A stretch of 43,570 nt of DNA from Candidatus Woesebacteria bacterium RIFCSPLOWO2_01_FULL_39_10. GTDB lineage: Bacteria > Patescibacteriota > Microgenomatia > UBA8517. A program made the position numbers and the translations under genes. Below are positions 27,940 to 36,908 of this stretch, piece after piece. The notes under the pieces were generated by a model. The model made no database searches. It had not been told where the DNA came from and was given only the letters and a program-made list of their open reading frames with translations. The stretch covers positions 85,877 to 129,446 of the forward strand of contig MGHC01000037.1 of assembly GCA_001793015.1 (NCBI GenBank), written 5' to 3'. Positions within the stretch are counted from its first letter, which is position 1. Each line of letters opens with the position of its first letter.

Positions 27940-28847
27940 CGTTCCGTTATAAGAAGTTTTACAAAACGGATTATTTTTAAAGCCTTTATCCCAAAAAGCA
28001 CTAATAACATTAGAGGTAAAGGATATTTATTCCAAACTCTTTTTTTAACAAAAAGTTCCATCGAATTAACTCCTGATAATCTAAACTTTACTTTTTCTTT
28101 AAAAGGAATCTTCTTTTTAGTCTCATTGTTCTTTCCCTTCGAAGCTCCTTTAACATGAAGTGTCTCGACCTTAGGATAATACATAATTTTCCAACGCTTT
28201 TCTTTTATTCTCCAGGATAGGTCAATATCCTCAGCATCCAAAAAATAATCCTCATCAAACCACCCGACATCATCAAGTATCTTTTTTCGGGTTAGAAAAA
28301 ATGCTCCCTGTAGAGAATCAACCTCGTGTGTCGCATCCGGAGAAATGTACCCATACCAATATTGAGAGAAAAGCCTTGAATTCGGGAAAATCTTATCCAA
28401 TTTCAAGAAAAGATGTACCAATCCTGTCCAAGGGGTCACAAAAGACCGTCTTGCATCTTTGTCGGGCTCGCCATTAGGAAGAACTAGCTTACAAGTAGAA
28501 GCACCAACTGCTAGGTTTTTATCCATATAATAAATCATTTCTTTTAGAGTGTTTTTATAAACGACCGTATCCGAATTTAAAAATAAAATATATTCACCAT
28601 GAGCAAAATATCTAGCCTTATTATTTCCAGCTGCGAACCCAATATTTTGTTTATTTCGTATTATTTTTTTAACCCACGGAAAGTCTTTTTCCACCATCTG
28701 GGTAGAGCCGTCAGCCGAACCGTTATCTGAAATTATTACTTCAAACGAGACTTCATCACTTACTTTTTCTAAAGAAAGTAAACAGCTACGAAGCAGGTCT
28801 TTTGTGTTGTAACTCAAAATTACTATTGAGAGCTTGGTCTTTTTCAT
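27936..28847 (-). CDS. Glycosyltransferase family 2 (WbbL/WfgS-like)
   Basis: SIVILSYN, DNGSADGS, NIGFAAGNN, FLNSD, GAF, FDEDYFLDAEDIDL. Confidence 0.93.
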   Translation of the reverse strand: MKKTKLSIVILSYNTKDLLRSCLLSLEKVSDEVSFEVIISDNGSADGSTQMVEKDFPWVKKIIRNKQNIGFAAGNNKARYFAHGEYILFLNSDTVVYKNTLKEMIYYMDKNLAVGASTCKLVLPNGEPDKDARRSFVTPWTGLVHLFLKLDKIFPNSRLFSQYWYGYISPDATHEVDSLQGAFFLTRKKILDDVGWFDEDYFLDAEDIDLSWRIKEKRWKIMYYPKVETLHVKGASKGKNNETKKKIPFKEKVKFRLSGVNSMELFVKKRVWNKYPLPLMLLVLFGIKALKIIRFVKLLITER

Positions 28848-30040
28848 TCCTTAGTTAAAAGTTCATTATAAATGGGATCATGAAGCTTAACTATAGACTC
28901 CCAATCAAAATATTTTGACACATGTTCTTTACCAGACTGCCCAATTTTTTCTGCAAGTTTTTTATTACCTAATAGTAGAATTGCTTTGCGAGCCAGATCT
29001 TCCGTAGTATTCCCGATAAGCACGTCTTTGCCATCCTTTAATTTCAAACCTGCAACTCCAACTGATGTTGAAACAACAGGCAGGCCTGCCGCCATGGCTT
29101 CCAGTATTTTCAGGCGAGTACCGCCCGAACCTTCTATTGGTGCAACCATTAAACTTGCACCACCGTACGCTTCCCTTGCGTCAGGTATATTTTCCGTGAC
29201 TTCAATATTTTGTCTACCAGCCTCTTTTTTAACCCATTCTGGAATCTTTCTTCCTACTATCCATAAACATGAACTCGGATATCTTTTCTTGATTATCGGC
29301 CAAACTTTTTTTATTAATATTTGGGTTGCTTCTTGATTCTGAAGCCACTCAAAGTTTGTTACTCCATAGAGGATTCTTTGTGGAGTCTTTTTCACAAAGG
29401 TCTTCTCTTTATAAAACCTTGTATCAACTCCATTTGGAATAATTCCAACTTCCTTTTTTGGAACAAGTTTCTTCATTGCCTTTCGGTCTTCTTCCGAAAC
29501 AGCAAAAAGCTTATCGGCTTTATTCCAATAATATTTTTCCCAAAGCATTATTTTGATTACATCTTGTAGGTAAAACGGACGTAAAAATAGTGGTACCTCG
29601 TGTATCACGTAATGCTTATACACTTCATGCCAGATTGTTTGTTCAACTTGAATAACGGGAACTTTAGTTTTTGGCAAATGCGGCATTACGTAAAATGTTT
29701 CGGCATGAATAAGATCGTATTTCTCACTTTCGAGTTCTTCTTTTATAGCTTTCTTTTCCTCTAATGACCGATTCCTAATAACCAAAAGTGGGTATGGTCC
29801 AAACACCGAAAGAAGTATATTTCTTACCGTCCAGGGTCTTTTAGGTCGAGTGAAAACCAATACTTTTTTGCAGTATTTTTCTAGTTCTGGAATAAACCGT
29901 TTTTCCGAGTCGTCCTTTATTAACGAGAAAAGAGTAATATCATGTTTTTTTGATAGATATCTGATGATGTTATACCAGCGAGTTTGGCCACCACTCATGG
30001 TGATTGTGGGAAGATAAGGAACAAGCATCAATATTTTCAT
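28844..30040 (-). CDS. Glycosyltransferase family 4
   Basis: SGGQTR, IPNGVD, GSGGTRLKILEAMAAGLPVVST. Confidence 0.92.
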   Translation of the reverse strand: MKILMLVPYLPTITMSGGQTRWYNIIRYLSKKHDITLFSLIKDDSEKRFIPELEKYCKKVLVFTRPKRPWTVRNILLSVFGPYPLLVIRNRSLEEKKAIKEELESEKYDLIHAETFYVMPHLPKTKVPVIQVEQTIWHEVYKHYVIHEVPLFLRPFYLQDVIKIMLWEKYYWNKADKLFAVSEEDRKAMKKLVPKKEVGIIPNGVDTRFYKEKTFVKKTPQRILYGVTNFEWLQNQEATQILIKKVWPIIKKRYPSSCLWIVGRKIPEWVKKEAGRQNIEVTENIPDAREAYGGASLMVAPIEGSGGTRLKILEAMAAGLPVVSTSVGVAGLKLKDGKDVLIGNTTEDLARKAILLLGNKKLAEKIGQSGKEHVSKYFDWESIVKLHDPIYNELLTKE

Positions 30041-31479
30041 TTGGCTTTGTGAAGATCAAGAATTACGTAAGATTGATTTTCGACTACAGATTCAAATTTG
30101 CTCATAAATTCCCTTGTTTGTGCGTCGTAGTTAACGGAAACGTAGTAGTCTGCGCCGTTCTCGATAAGTTCGGCTATTGACCTATCAACGTGTGGCCATC
30201 CCCAACGTTTTGTTTGATATAGAAATGCCGAGTCGCCATTATAGGGAGCCACGACTAATGCGTCTTTGGGGGTTAGTGAGTCAACTGCAAGACCAGCCAT
30301 TATTATTTCTGGGTGATTAACTTTATAAAATTCTTTTACCTGTAAAGCTGAGGTCAATATACCTATACCAAGTGAGAAAAAAAGTAACCCTCTAGAAACC
30401 CACTTGTTGAAGCTTTCAGACTCCCACATTATAAGAGTTCCCTGAGCCAATAACAAAGCAATCGAGGGAATAATTAAAGTTTGATAGTAATCATGGCGAA
30501 CGTTCGCAGTAGCAATTGTAGCTATAAAAATAAAGCACCCCAGAAAAAGAAAAATATTGAAATATGAGTCTTTCTTTCTTTTAAGTATTCCAAACGCTAG
30601 AGGAACCAAACCCCACCCACCCAGAATAAGGTGGCCAATCCTTTCCCCAAAAATCCATCTCCAAAAAGAAGGCCTAAAGCGGATACCATCACCATTAAAA
30701 GCCCATAAAAAGTGTGGAATACCTTCGGGATAGTTATTTATCCACGCTCTCCAGGATATAAAAGGAATAAGAATAATATCCATAAAAATTAGTAGTGGAA
30801 TAAGTAGTTTTGCTTTATTAAAGATACTTCTAACCCCGAATTTTTGTATCAATAGGTACATCATGGGAAGTGTGTAAAATATCACGAACGGCTTAACTAG
30901 AATTCCTAATGCGAGCAATACTCCTGAGACGTATAATTTCCAGTTATTTTTAGAATCTATAAAAAGGATAAATGCCCAAAGCGAAGTGACTGCAAACATG
31001 GTTGCCATAGGTTCAGGTAGTATTACTCTTGTAAAATAAACGTTAAAGGGTAAGACTAAATAGAAAAATACCGCGAGTATTCCACCTGTAGAACCTAAAA
31101 ACTTTCTTCCAATAAAAAAAAGGGCTAATCCTGAAATTAATGCTGAAAATATCGAGACAAGCCTTCCCCAAACTTCGAGAGATATTGCCGGCAAAGAGAA
31201 GCTAAGTGTTGCCTGGACAGCATTATACAATGGAAGTTCTACGAAGCGTAAACCTTCAGGATTAAATTTGCCTGTTTGAGTTGAAGATATATCGTGATAT
31301 CTAGGGTATAAAAGGTTAATACCCTCAGAAACGTAAGTTCTTGATACTGATGACGTATCTGCTTGTCTCCAGGAATGCCAATCTGCAACGGGATTATCTA
31401 TTTTATAAAGTCTCAATAATAAGCCCAATATAAAGGCTATTGATAATACAACATACCCTTTAAAGTTACCTTTTAGCAT
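30037..31479 (-). CDS. GT-C fold membrane glycosyltransferase (GT39/ArnT/PMT_2-like)
   Basis: Multi-TM; LRLYKI, WRQADT, ELPLYN, GRLVS, LVKP, HDYY. Confidence 0.85.
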   Translation of the reverse strand: MLKGNFKGYVVLSIAFILGLLLRLYKIDNPVADWHSWRQADTSSVSRTYVSEGINLLYPRYHDISSTQTGKFNPEGLRFVELPLYNAVQATLSFSLPAISLEVWGRLVSIFSALISGLALFFIGRKFLGSTGGILAVFFYLVLPFNVYFTRVILPEPMATMFAVTSLWAFILFIDSKNNWKLYVSGVLLALGILVKPFVIFYTLPMMYLLIQKFGVRSIFNKAKLLIPLLIFMDIILIPFISWRAWINNYPEGIPHFLWAFNGDGIRFRPSFWRWIFGERIGHLILGGWGLVPLAFGILKRKKDSYFNIFLFLGCFIFIATIATANVRHDYYQTLIIPSIALLLAQGTLIMWESESFNKWVSRGLLFFSLGIGILTSALQVKEFYKVNHPEIIMAGLAVDSLTPKDALVVAPYNGDSAFLYQTKRWGWPHVDRSIAELIENGADYYVSVNYDAQTREFMSKFESVVENQSYVILDLHKAK

Positions 31480-31482
31480 AAA

Positions 31483-32865
31483 CTAAATATTATCCTCGTT
31501 AGAACGTTTTTCTGCCAAAGACACGGTAAATCCAATAATTAACCAAAAAATCATGGCAAATTTCGATGCCTCAAAAATGTCGATAAAGATCGCATTTGTG
31601 AGAATTCCTGGTAGGCTACCTGAAACACCTGCTAAAAAAATCAGCTCTATATCTTTAAAGTACTTAGTCAAAGGAAAGACTCTCAACAAAGGTACGCCAA
31701 TTCTAACTAAGATCGTAATAAAAGCGAGAGTTCCTAAAATCCCTAGTTCACCCAAAAGCCTTAGATAGTCGTTGTCTGTAGCTAGCGTGATGGAGGAATA
31801 GCCTGTCCCAAGTAAGGGGTTTTTGAAAAAAGCTCGAAGTGCTCTCGGCCATTCCACGTTAAGTCTTATGTTGGTTGACCTGTCTTCAAAAACTAGCTGC
31901 GGGGTTGGCGTAGGAGTTACCTTATCTCTTTTTATATCAAAATTATCTTGTGCATAAGCTGAATTTACATCTAACCCCAAATTTATTTGATGAAAATTAC
32001 CTACCCTGCCTTTAAAAACTTCAATAATTCTACCGTAACGTACCAACAAATTTGAAGAAAATCCCACGAAGATAAGACTTATAACTAAAACTATTGGTAT
32101 AGCTTTATACTTTTTTATTAAAATCAAACTTAGTATTGTTGAAAAAAGATAAGAAACAAGAGAAACTCTTGATGCAGTATTAACTAATAACCATAAGCCA
32201 GAGAAAGTTACAGTAGCTAAAGTTATTTTCATCCAGATCCCATTTAGTATAAAAAAGGAAGAAACTATTATCGGTAGTATCAATACTAAAAACGTTGCAA
32301 GATCGTAATGCCCAGCGAATGTCGAATTAATGTGACTTCCCGCTATCCAGCGTAGCGCAACACCTTTCGAATACTCCTCATTCTGGGTAATGATAATCGG
32401 CCATCCAAGAGATTTTTGACCAAAGCCATATATAAATACAAAAAAAACTACTATTAATAATATCTTAAAATAAAATATGAGATTTTCTCTATCCCTATGA
32501 ATTGCTTCTATTCCCAAAAATAACGGGATAAAATATTCTATCCTTCTAAACCAATGTAATAATCCTATATGAGGAACTACGGTCTGTGTCAAAAACACTC
32601 CCGAGAAAACTGAAACAAGACCTACTAACAAAAAGGATGTAATTGCTTTATATAAAGGTTTCTCTATTAAATTACCTATTTTAGGAATATATATTAAAGC
32701 CAAAATTATACTAGCAAATACAATCAGAAAATCCTCAAGTCTAATGGAAACAAAAGTGCCTGGGATTCTCAAAAAGGGAAATTTTGGATACAAAGGAACT
32801 GCAATTAAAATTGCGGCTACTGTGTATTTAATGAGCCCATCAAGCCACTTGGAATGCTTTTGCAT
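31483..32865 (-). CDS. O-antigen ligase/polymerase-like membrane protein
   Basis: Multi-TM; STFAGHYDLA, TASRVS, FFKNPLLGTG, DNDYLRLLGELGILG. Likely start ATG 32865. Confidence 0.82.
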   Translation of the reverse strand: MQKHSKWLDGLIKYTVAAILIAVPLYPKFPFLRIPGTFVSIRLEDFLIVFASIILALIYIPKIGNLIEKPLYKAITSFLLVGLVSVFSGVFLTQTVVPHIGLLHWFRRIEYFIPLFLGIEAIHRDRENLIFYFKILLIVVFFVFIYGFGQKSLGWPIIITQNEEYSKGVALRWIAGSHINSTFAGHYDLATFLVLILPIIVSSFFILNGIWMKITLATVTFSGLWLLVNTASRVSLVSYLFSTILSLILIKKYKAIPIVLVISLIFVGFSSNLLVRYGRIIEVFKGRVGNFHQINLGLDVNSAYAQDNFDIKRDKVTPTPTPQLVFEDRSTNIRLNVEWPRALRAFFKNPLLGTGYSSITLATDNDYLRLLGELGILGTLAFITILVRIGVPLLRVFPLTKYFKDIELIFLAGVSGSLPGILTNAIFIDIFEASKFAMIFWLIIGFTVSLAEKRSNEDNI

Positions 32866-33790
32866 AGACACGCCTCGCCTCCTTCTGTCCTGCGACAACC
32901 CCCAAAATAAAATATCTTGAGATAGAAGCTAACTTTAGCAATAATATCAAAATCGGATATTTCCAGTCTGAATAATGTTTCTTATAAAAATATTTCAAGG
33001 CTTTAAATTCACCAATGAGGCCACTTTCCTTGCCCACAGAGGTGCCTGCGAATTTTACTAGCTCACCCTTACTACTTGCTGTACCTACATGGAGTATCTT
33101 TGAGATAGGAACATACCATATCTGCCAACCCTTATCTTTTATTCTGTAACAATATTCAACTTCCTCTCCGTACATAAATATGTTTTCGTCAAACCCACCA
33201 ATTTCATCAAAGACTCGTTTTCTCAACAAGAAGACTGCACCCGAAACCCAGTCTTGCTGGTGGATTTTTTTATAAATAATTTTAGTAATAGGAATATGTG
33301 AACTTAAATGGTAAGAGCCAAAGAAAAGAGCAACTCCTGGAATATCATCCAAAAAGGCCGACCAAAGAAAAAGTCGAGCTAGATTGGGGAAATATCCTCC
33401 ATTAAGCTGTATCGAGTATCTAGGCCCAACAAGTGTACAACTGACAACCCCTGCTCTTGAATGGTTATCCATCCATTGAACCATTCTGGTTATAGAGTTT
33501 TCTAAGAGTTTTGTGTCGGAGTTAATAAGAAGTATATATCTTCCTCTCGCGATTTTCATCCCTTGATTATTTGCTGCACCAAAGCCTAAATTTTTATTGT
33601 TGCTGATTAATCTTAATAACTTGGCTTTTTTGCTGAAATTTTTAATCTCAGTCTTACTCCCATCCGTTGAAGCATTGTCCACCACAATAATCTCGTAACT
33701 TACCCCCCTTGTATTTTTTATTATTGAGGCGATACAATTCTTTAAAAGTTTTCTTGTATTGAAATTTACAATTATTACTGAGAGGTCCAT
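32840..33790 (-). CDS. Glycosyltransferase family 2
   Basis: MDLSVIIVNFN, DNASTDGS, NLGFGAANN, INSD, DWVSGA, GGFDENIFMYGEEVE. Likely start ATG 33790. Confidence 0.93.
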   Translation of the reverse strand: MDLSVIIVNFNTRKLLKNCIASIIKNTRGVSYEIIVVDNASTDGSKTEIKNFSKKAKLLRLISNNKNLGFGAANNQGMKIARGRYILLINSDTKLLENSITRMVQWMDNHSRAGVVSCTLVGPRYSIQLNGGYFPNLARLFLWSAFLDDIPGVALFFGSYHLSSHIPITKIIYKKIHQQDWVSGAVFLLRKRVFDEIGGFDENIFMYGEEVEYCYRIKDKGWQIWYVPISKILHVGTASSKGELVKFAGTSVGKESGLIGEFKALKYFYKKHYSDWKYPILILLLKLASISRYFILGVVAGQKEARRVYAKAFQVA

Positions 33791-33791
33791 T

Positions 33792-34343
33792 TCATTCTTT
33801 CTCAACTTTCTCTCTTAGTGAAACTAAGGATAAGCTTAAATTTCGCATCACTAATGGAATTAAAAATGCAATAGCAAGACCAACAGAAATTCTTACCCAC
33901 GGGCGGCTTGGTATAAAACGTACAGTTATTTTTTGTCTCCATTTTCTCCCTTCAATAAAAATAGTGTCCTTTTCCTGTTTAGGTTCAAAGCCATTTACAA
34001 ACAGTGATTCTCTTAGAGGATGAACTAATTCTTCTAAAAAAGTGCTCCTTGTTTGATCACGAATTTTCATCTGAGCTTCCTCTGGTGGGTAATTCAAACG
34101 ATAAGTCGGTAAGTAAATATTTAAAAATGGTGATCTTTCCAGTTGAACTTGGTAATGAGCTAAAACTTCTTCTCTTGTAAGGTTAGTAAAATATGCCCTT
34201 CTCAAAGGAGTTTCTGTATCACCCGGTTCATTTGATTGAAGTGCGTCGGAGGGCGGTGAAGGAAAAGTAGGTGGTGCTATAAAGAGATAGACAATAAAAA
34301 AAGTGCAGAAGATAAAATACAAAATTTTCACGATGTTTTTCAT
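33792..34343 (-). CDS. Hypothetical membrane protein (N- and C-terminal TM flanking a soluble domain)
   Basis: 183-aa ORF, tightly packed in the operon, with hydrophobic segments at both ends. Confidence 0.8.
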   Translation of the reverse strand: MKNIVKILYFIFCTFFIVYLFIAPPTFPSPPSDALQSNEPGDTETPLRRAYFTNLTREEVLAHYQVQLERSPFLNIYLPTYRLNYPPEEAQMKIRDQTRSTFLEELVHPLRESLFVNGFEPKQEKDTIFIEGRKWRQKITVRFIPSRPWVRISVGLAIAFLIPLVMRNLSLSLVSLREKVEKE

Positions 34344-34345
34344 AA

Positions 34346-34987
34346 CTACTGAAAAAGGCGTGCTCTGCCTAGTTTGTAATTCAGATCTTTTAACCCGCGT
34401 TCACCGATAATTTTTGCAGGCACTCCACCAACTATTGCAAAATTGGGTATATTTTTAGTAACAACAGCCCCCGCAGCAACGATAGCACCTTTGCCTATTT
34501 CTACTCCGGGTAATATTATTACTCTAGGTCCAATAAAGACGTAGTCACCTATCTTTACCGGTTCATTTGTGGCAGAGAACTGATGATCCTCAATATTATG
34601 CTCTGAGTTGTATATAAGCACTTGGGAAGCAATATCAACATGATTACCCACGGTAAGTTGCGACCTACCATCCAAAAATGCATTTTCTCCAATCTTTGAG
34701 TCTTCCCCAATTGTTATACCTCTCGGTTCAAAGAACTTACATCCCATATGAATTGTAGACCCATGACCAACTTTCACACCTGAAATCGTGAAAACTACCT
34801 TTCTTATGCTATAGAATGGTATGTGTAGGCTCACAAGATGTACTAAGAATAGTTTAAGGTCCAAATACCAGTTGCAGATCCTTGCTAAAATCTTTTTCGA
34901 CGCTTGAGTAGAAGTCAGTTTTTTTCCGTATTTGTCTGTAAAAATAACTCCTTGTGAGCTTATCTTTAAGTTTTCTTTATAAATCAT
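34346..34987 (-). CDS. Hexapeptide-repeat (LbH) O-acyltransferase
   Basis: Repeats ITIGEDSKIG, VKIGDYVFIG, ILPGVEIGKGAIVAAGAVVTK, GGVPAK. Confidence 0.92.
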   Translation of the reverse strand: MIYKENLKISSQGVIFTDKYGKKLTSTQASKKILARICNWYLDLKLFLVHLVSLHIPFYSIRKVVFTISGVKVGHGSTIHMGCKFFEPRGITIGEDSKIGENAFLDGRSQLTVGNHVDIASQVLIYNSEHNIEDHQFSATNEPVKIGDYVFIGPRVIILPGVEIGKGAIVAAGAVVTKNIPNFAIVGGVPAKIIGERGLKDLNYKLGRARLFQ

Positions 34988-34993
34988 AGTATT

Positions 34994-36214
34994 CTACCTT
35001 CTAACAGCCTTTTCAAAAATCTCAAGAGTTTCCCTCGTGGACTTTGCCCAAGAGAACTTTTGGGCTTGCATAAGGCCTTTTTTAACCATTTTATTATATT
35101 CAACCCCATTTAAAGATAATACTTTATTTAAACCCTCAGCAATACTTTCTATATTATACGGATCAACATAAGTCCCTGCATCTTTTACTATTTCAGGTAA
35201 ACTCGCGGTTTTACTTACAACAACGGGTACACCACAAGCCATTGCTTCAAGAACATCCATGCCAAACCCCTCCCAAAAAGATGGAAGAACAAAACAACGA
35301 GCTCCTTTTATAAGTGCCGGCTTTTCTTTTTCAGAAATATAATCTGTAAAAATAACTTTCGACTCTAATTTTTGATCAGCCACTTTTTTTATTATGTTTT
35401 CGTACAACCAACCTTTCTTACCGGCGATAACTAAATTTAGATTAGGAAATCTATTAGTAATAATGGAGAAGGCCGATAAAAGTCCTTCTATATTCTTGCT
35501 TGGCTTTAGGGTTGACAAGAAAAGTATGTAATTTTCGGGAATCCTATATTTTTTTCTGATCTGTCGCACAAAATTTGAGTGTACCTTTAAGTTAAATTTG
35601 GTCCTGTCATATCCATGATTTATAACTTTTACCTTTTGCGCAGCAAAAGGATACCGTCGTACAATATCTTTTGCTGTAGTTTCCGAAGGACAAATGATAT
35701 ATTTTGATATAATTATTGAAATAGCACTCCAGTACTTTAATTGCCAAAAGTCGTATCTTTTGAATTGTCCCGAAAATTCGAGGTAACCAAGGTCATGTAT
35801 TGTAAGTACTTTGTCAGATCTACTAAAAAGCGGTAAATAATGCCCTGGTGTAAAGAAAACATCTACTTTTTCCTTAAATAATAGCCTAGGCATTAACTTG
35901 ATGAGTACCCAAAGTCTTTCACCTGGTATAATTTTATATTTCCAAAACGCTTTTTCTTTAGGTAAGTCCGAATTTGGGGCATTTTTAAGGTATATAAAGT
36001 ACGTAATATTTTTGTTTTCATCATCCTGTAGTTTATCTCTCGATAGAGCGCTTAGGTTTTGCTTACCACGTCTCGGCGTGGCCAAGCTTAGCTTACCAAC
36101 CGAATGGTTGGCCAAGCTTAGCTTATACAGTCCCCAAAGTATCTCCCAGGCGTACTGATTAACCCCAACTTTATCTTTTATGTTCGCTTCGTTACCGTCA
36201 ATACCAATAATCAT
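34994..36214 (-). CDS. Glycosyltransferase family 4 with a 30-aa N-terminal insertion
   Basis: GIDGNEAN, TIHDL, STLKPSKN, PSFWEGFGMDVLEAMACG. Confidence 0.92.
   Translation of the reverse strand: MIIGIDGNEANIKDKVGVNQYAWEILWGLYKLSLANHSVGKLSLATPRRGKQNLSALSRDKLQDDENKNITYFIYLKNAPNSDLPKEKAFWKYKIIPGERLWVLIKLMPRLLFKEKVDVFFTPGHYLPLFSRSDKVLTIHDLGYLEFSGQFKRYDFWQLKYWSAISIIISKYIICPSETTAKDIVRRYPFAAQKVKVINHGYDRTKFNLKVHSNFVRQIRKKYRIPENYILFLSTLKPSKNIEGLLSAFSIITNRFPNLNLVIAGKKGWLYENIIKKVADQKLESKVIFTDYISEKEKPALIKGARCFVLPSFWEGFGMDVLEAMACGVPVVVSKTASLPEIVKDAGTYVDPYNIESIAEGLNKVLSLNGVEYNKMVKKGLMQAQKFSWAKSTRETLEIFEKAVRR
36031..36125. repeat. In-frame array of three 30-bp hairpin units
   Basis: Units start at 36031, 36061 and 36091, followed by GCTTA at 36121; exact 17-nt repeat TGGCCAAGCTTAGCTTA at 36079 and 36109. 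Confidence 0.85.
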
Positions 36215-36283
36215 ACGAAATACGCTAGATGCTTAAGCAAATTGTAGTTGCAAACGAAGTTTAATGCAATTAATGGAGATCGC

Positions 36284-36859
36284 TTACTTAAGTAAGCGCT
36301 TTTTCCTCAAAGACTCTGCTGCATAACCTCCAGGAACAGGCTTAGTCCCCCTTAAACCCAAACTTTTTGTAAATTTAAGTATTTCTTTATTTGCTTTCCT
36401 TACACTCCCAAAATTCTTTACGGATTCGACTTCTACAAAAAAACCAAGGTCTTTCACCTGGTCCAATGCAATTTCTAGGCTCTTTTGATACAAAAACACG
36501 CTCCTTTTCTTTTCAACGGTTGTAATTTTCTGAAATTTTAAGGCTATAAGTATATTTTTGATTTGATTTTCATCACTAACTTCTACCTCATATTCATCGC
36601 AATGGGTCGTATATTTTCTGCCCTCTGGATGCCAATGTTTATAATTAAGATATATTTTTTGGTCTCGTTTTCTGGTTGACAGCCACTGAAATGGGTATTT
36701 TTCGTCAAGAAAACTATTTTGCGTAGGTGTGAAATAGTCATCAACCTGATGTGAAAATCTCAAAAATTTAGCAACCTTATAAAGTTCTTTCTCTATTCTC
36801 TTATATTCGCTTCTCGATATTGAAAGTTTTAGTTCAATCTCTTGATTATTGTATGCCAT
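36284..36859 (-). CDS. CYTH-domain protein (class IV adenylate cyclase / triphosphate tunnel metalloenzyme family)
   Basis: EIELK (ExExK), QVDDYF, EYEVEV, VEKKR, LDQVKDLGFFVEVE, C-terminal GY. Confidence 0.9.
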   Translation of the reverse strand: MAYNNQEIELKLSISRSEYKRIEKELYKVAKFLRFSHQVDDYFTPTQNSFLDEKYPFQWLSTRKRDQKIYLNYKHWHPEGRKYTTHCDEYEVEVSDENQIKNILIALKFQKITTVEKKRSVFLYQKSLEIALDQVKDLGFFVEVESVKNFGSVRKANKEILKFTKSLGLRGTKPVPGGYAAESLRKKRLLK

Positions 36860-36867
36860 ATTTTAAT

Positions 36868-36896
36868 CTGACTTTCTTTCCCGAAAAGAAAGTCAG
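36868..36896. repeat. 12-bp perfect inverted repeat just upstream of the CYTH gene
   Basis: CTGACTTTCTTT-CCCGA-AAAGAAAGTCAG. Confidence 0.75.
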
Positions 36897-36908
36897 GCAA
36901 AGAAAAAA

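Noticed and set aside
36031..36125. CRISPR array interpretation of the 30-bp units
   Set aside because: The period is only 30 nt with 10-nt self-complementary variable parts, it lies in frame within a CDS, and there are no cas genes or leader.
36284..36859. Assigning cyaB / true adenylate cyclase activity
   Set aside because: Most CYTH proteins are phosphohydrolases; the sequence alone does not establish cyclase activity.
36868..36896. Intrinsic terminator call for the 12-bp hairpin
   Set aside because: AT-rich stem with no U-tract downstream on either strand; kept only as an inverted repeat.
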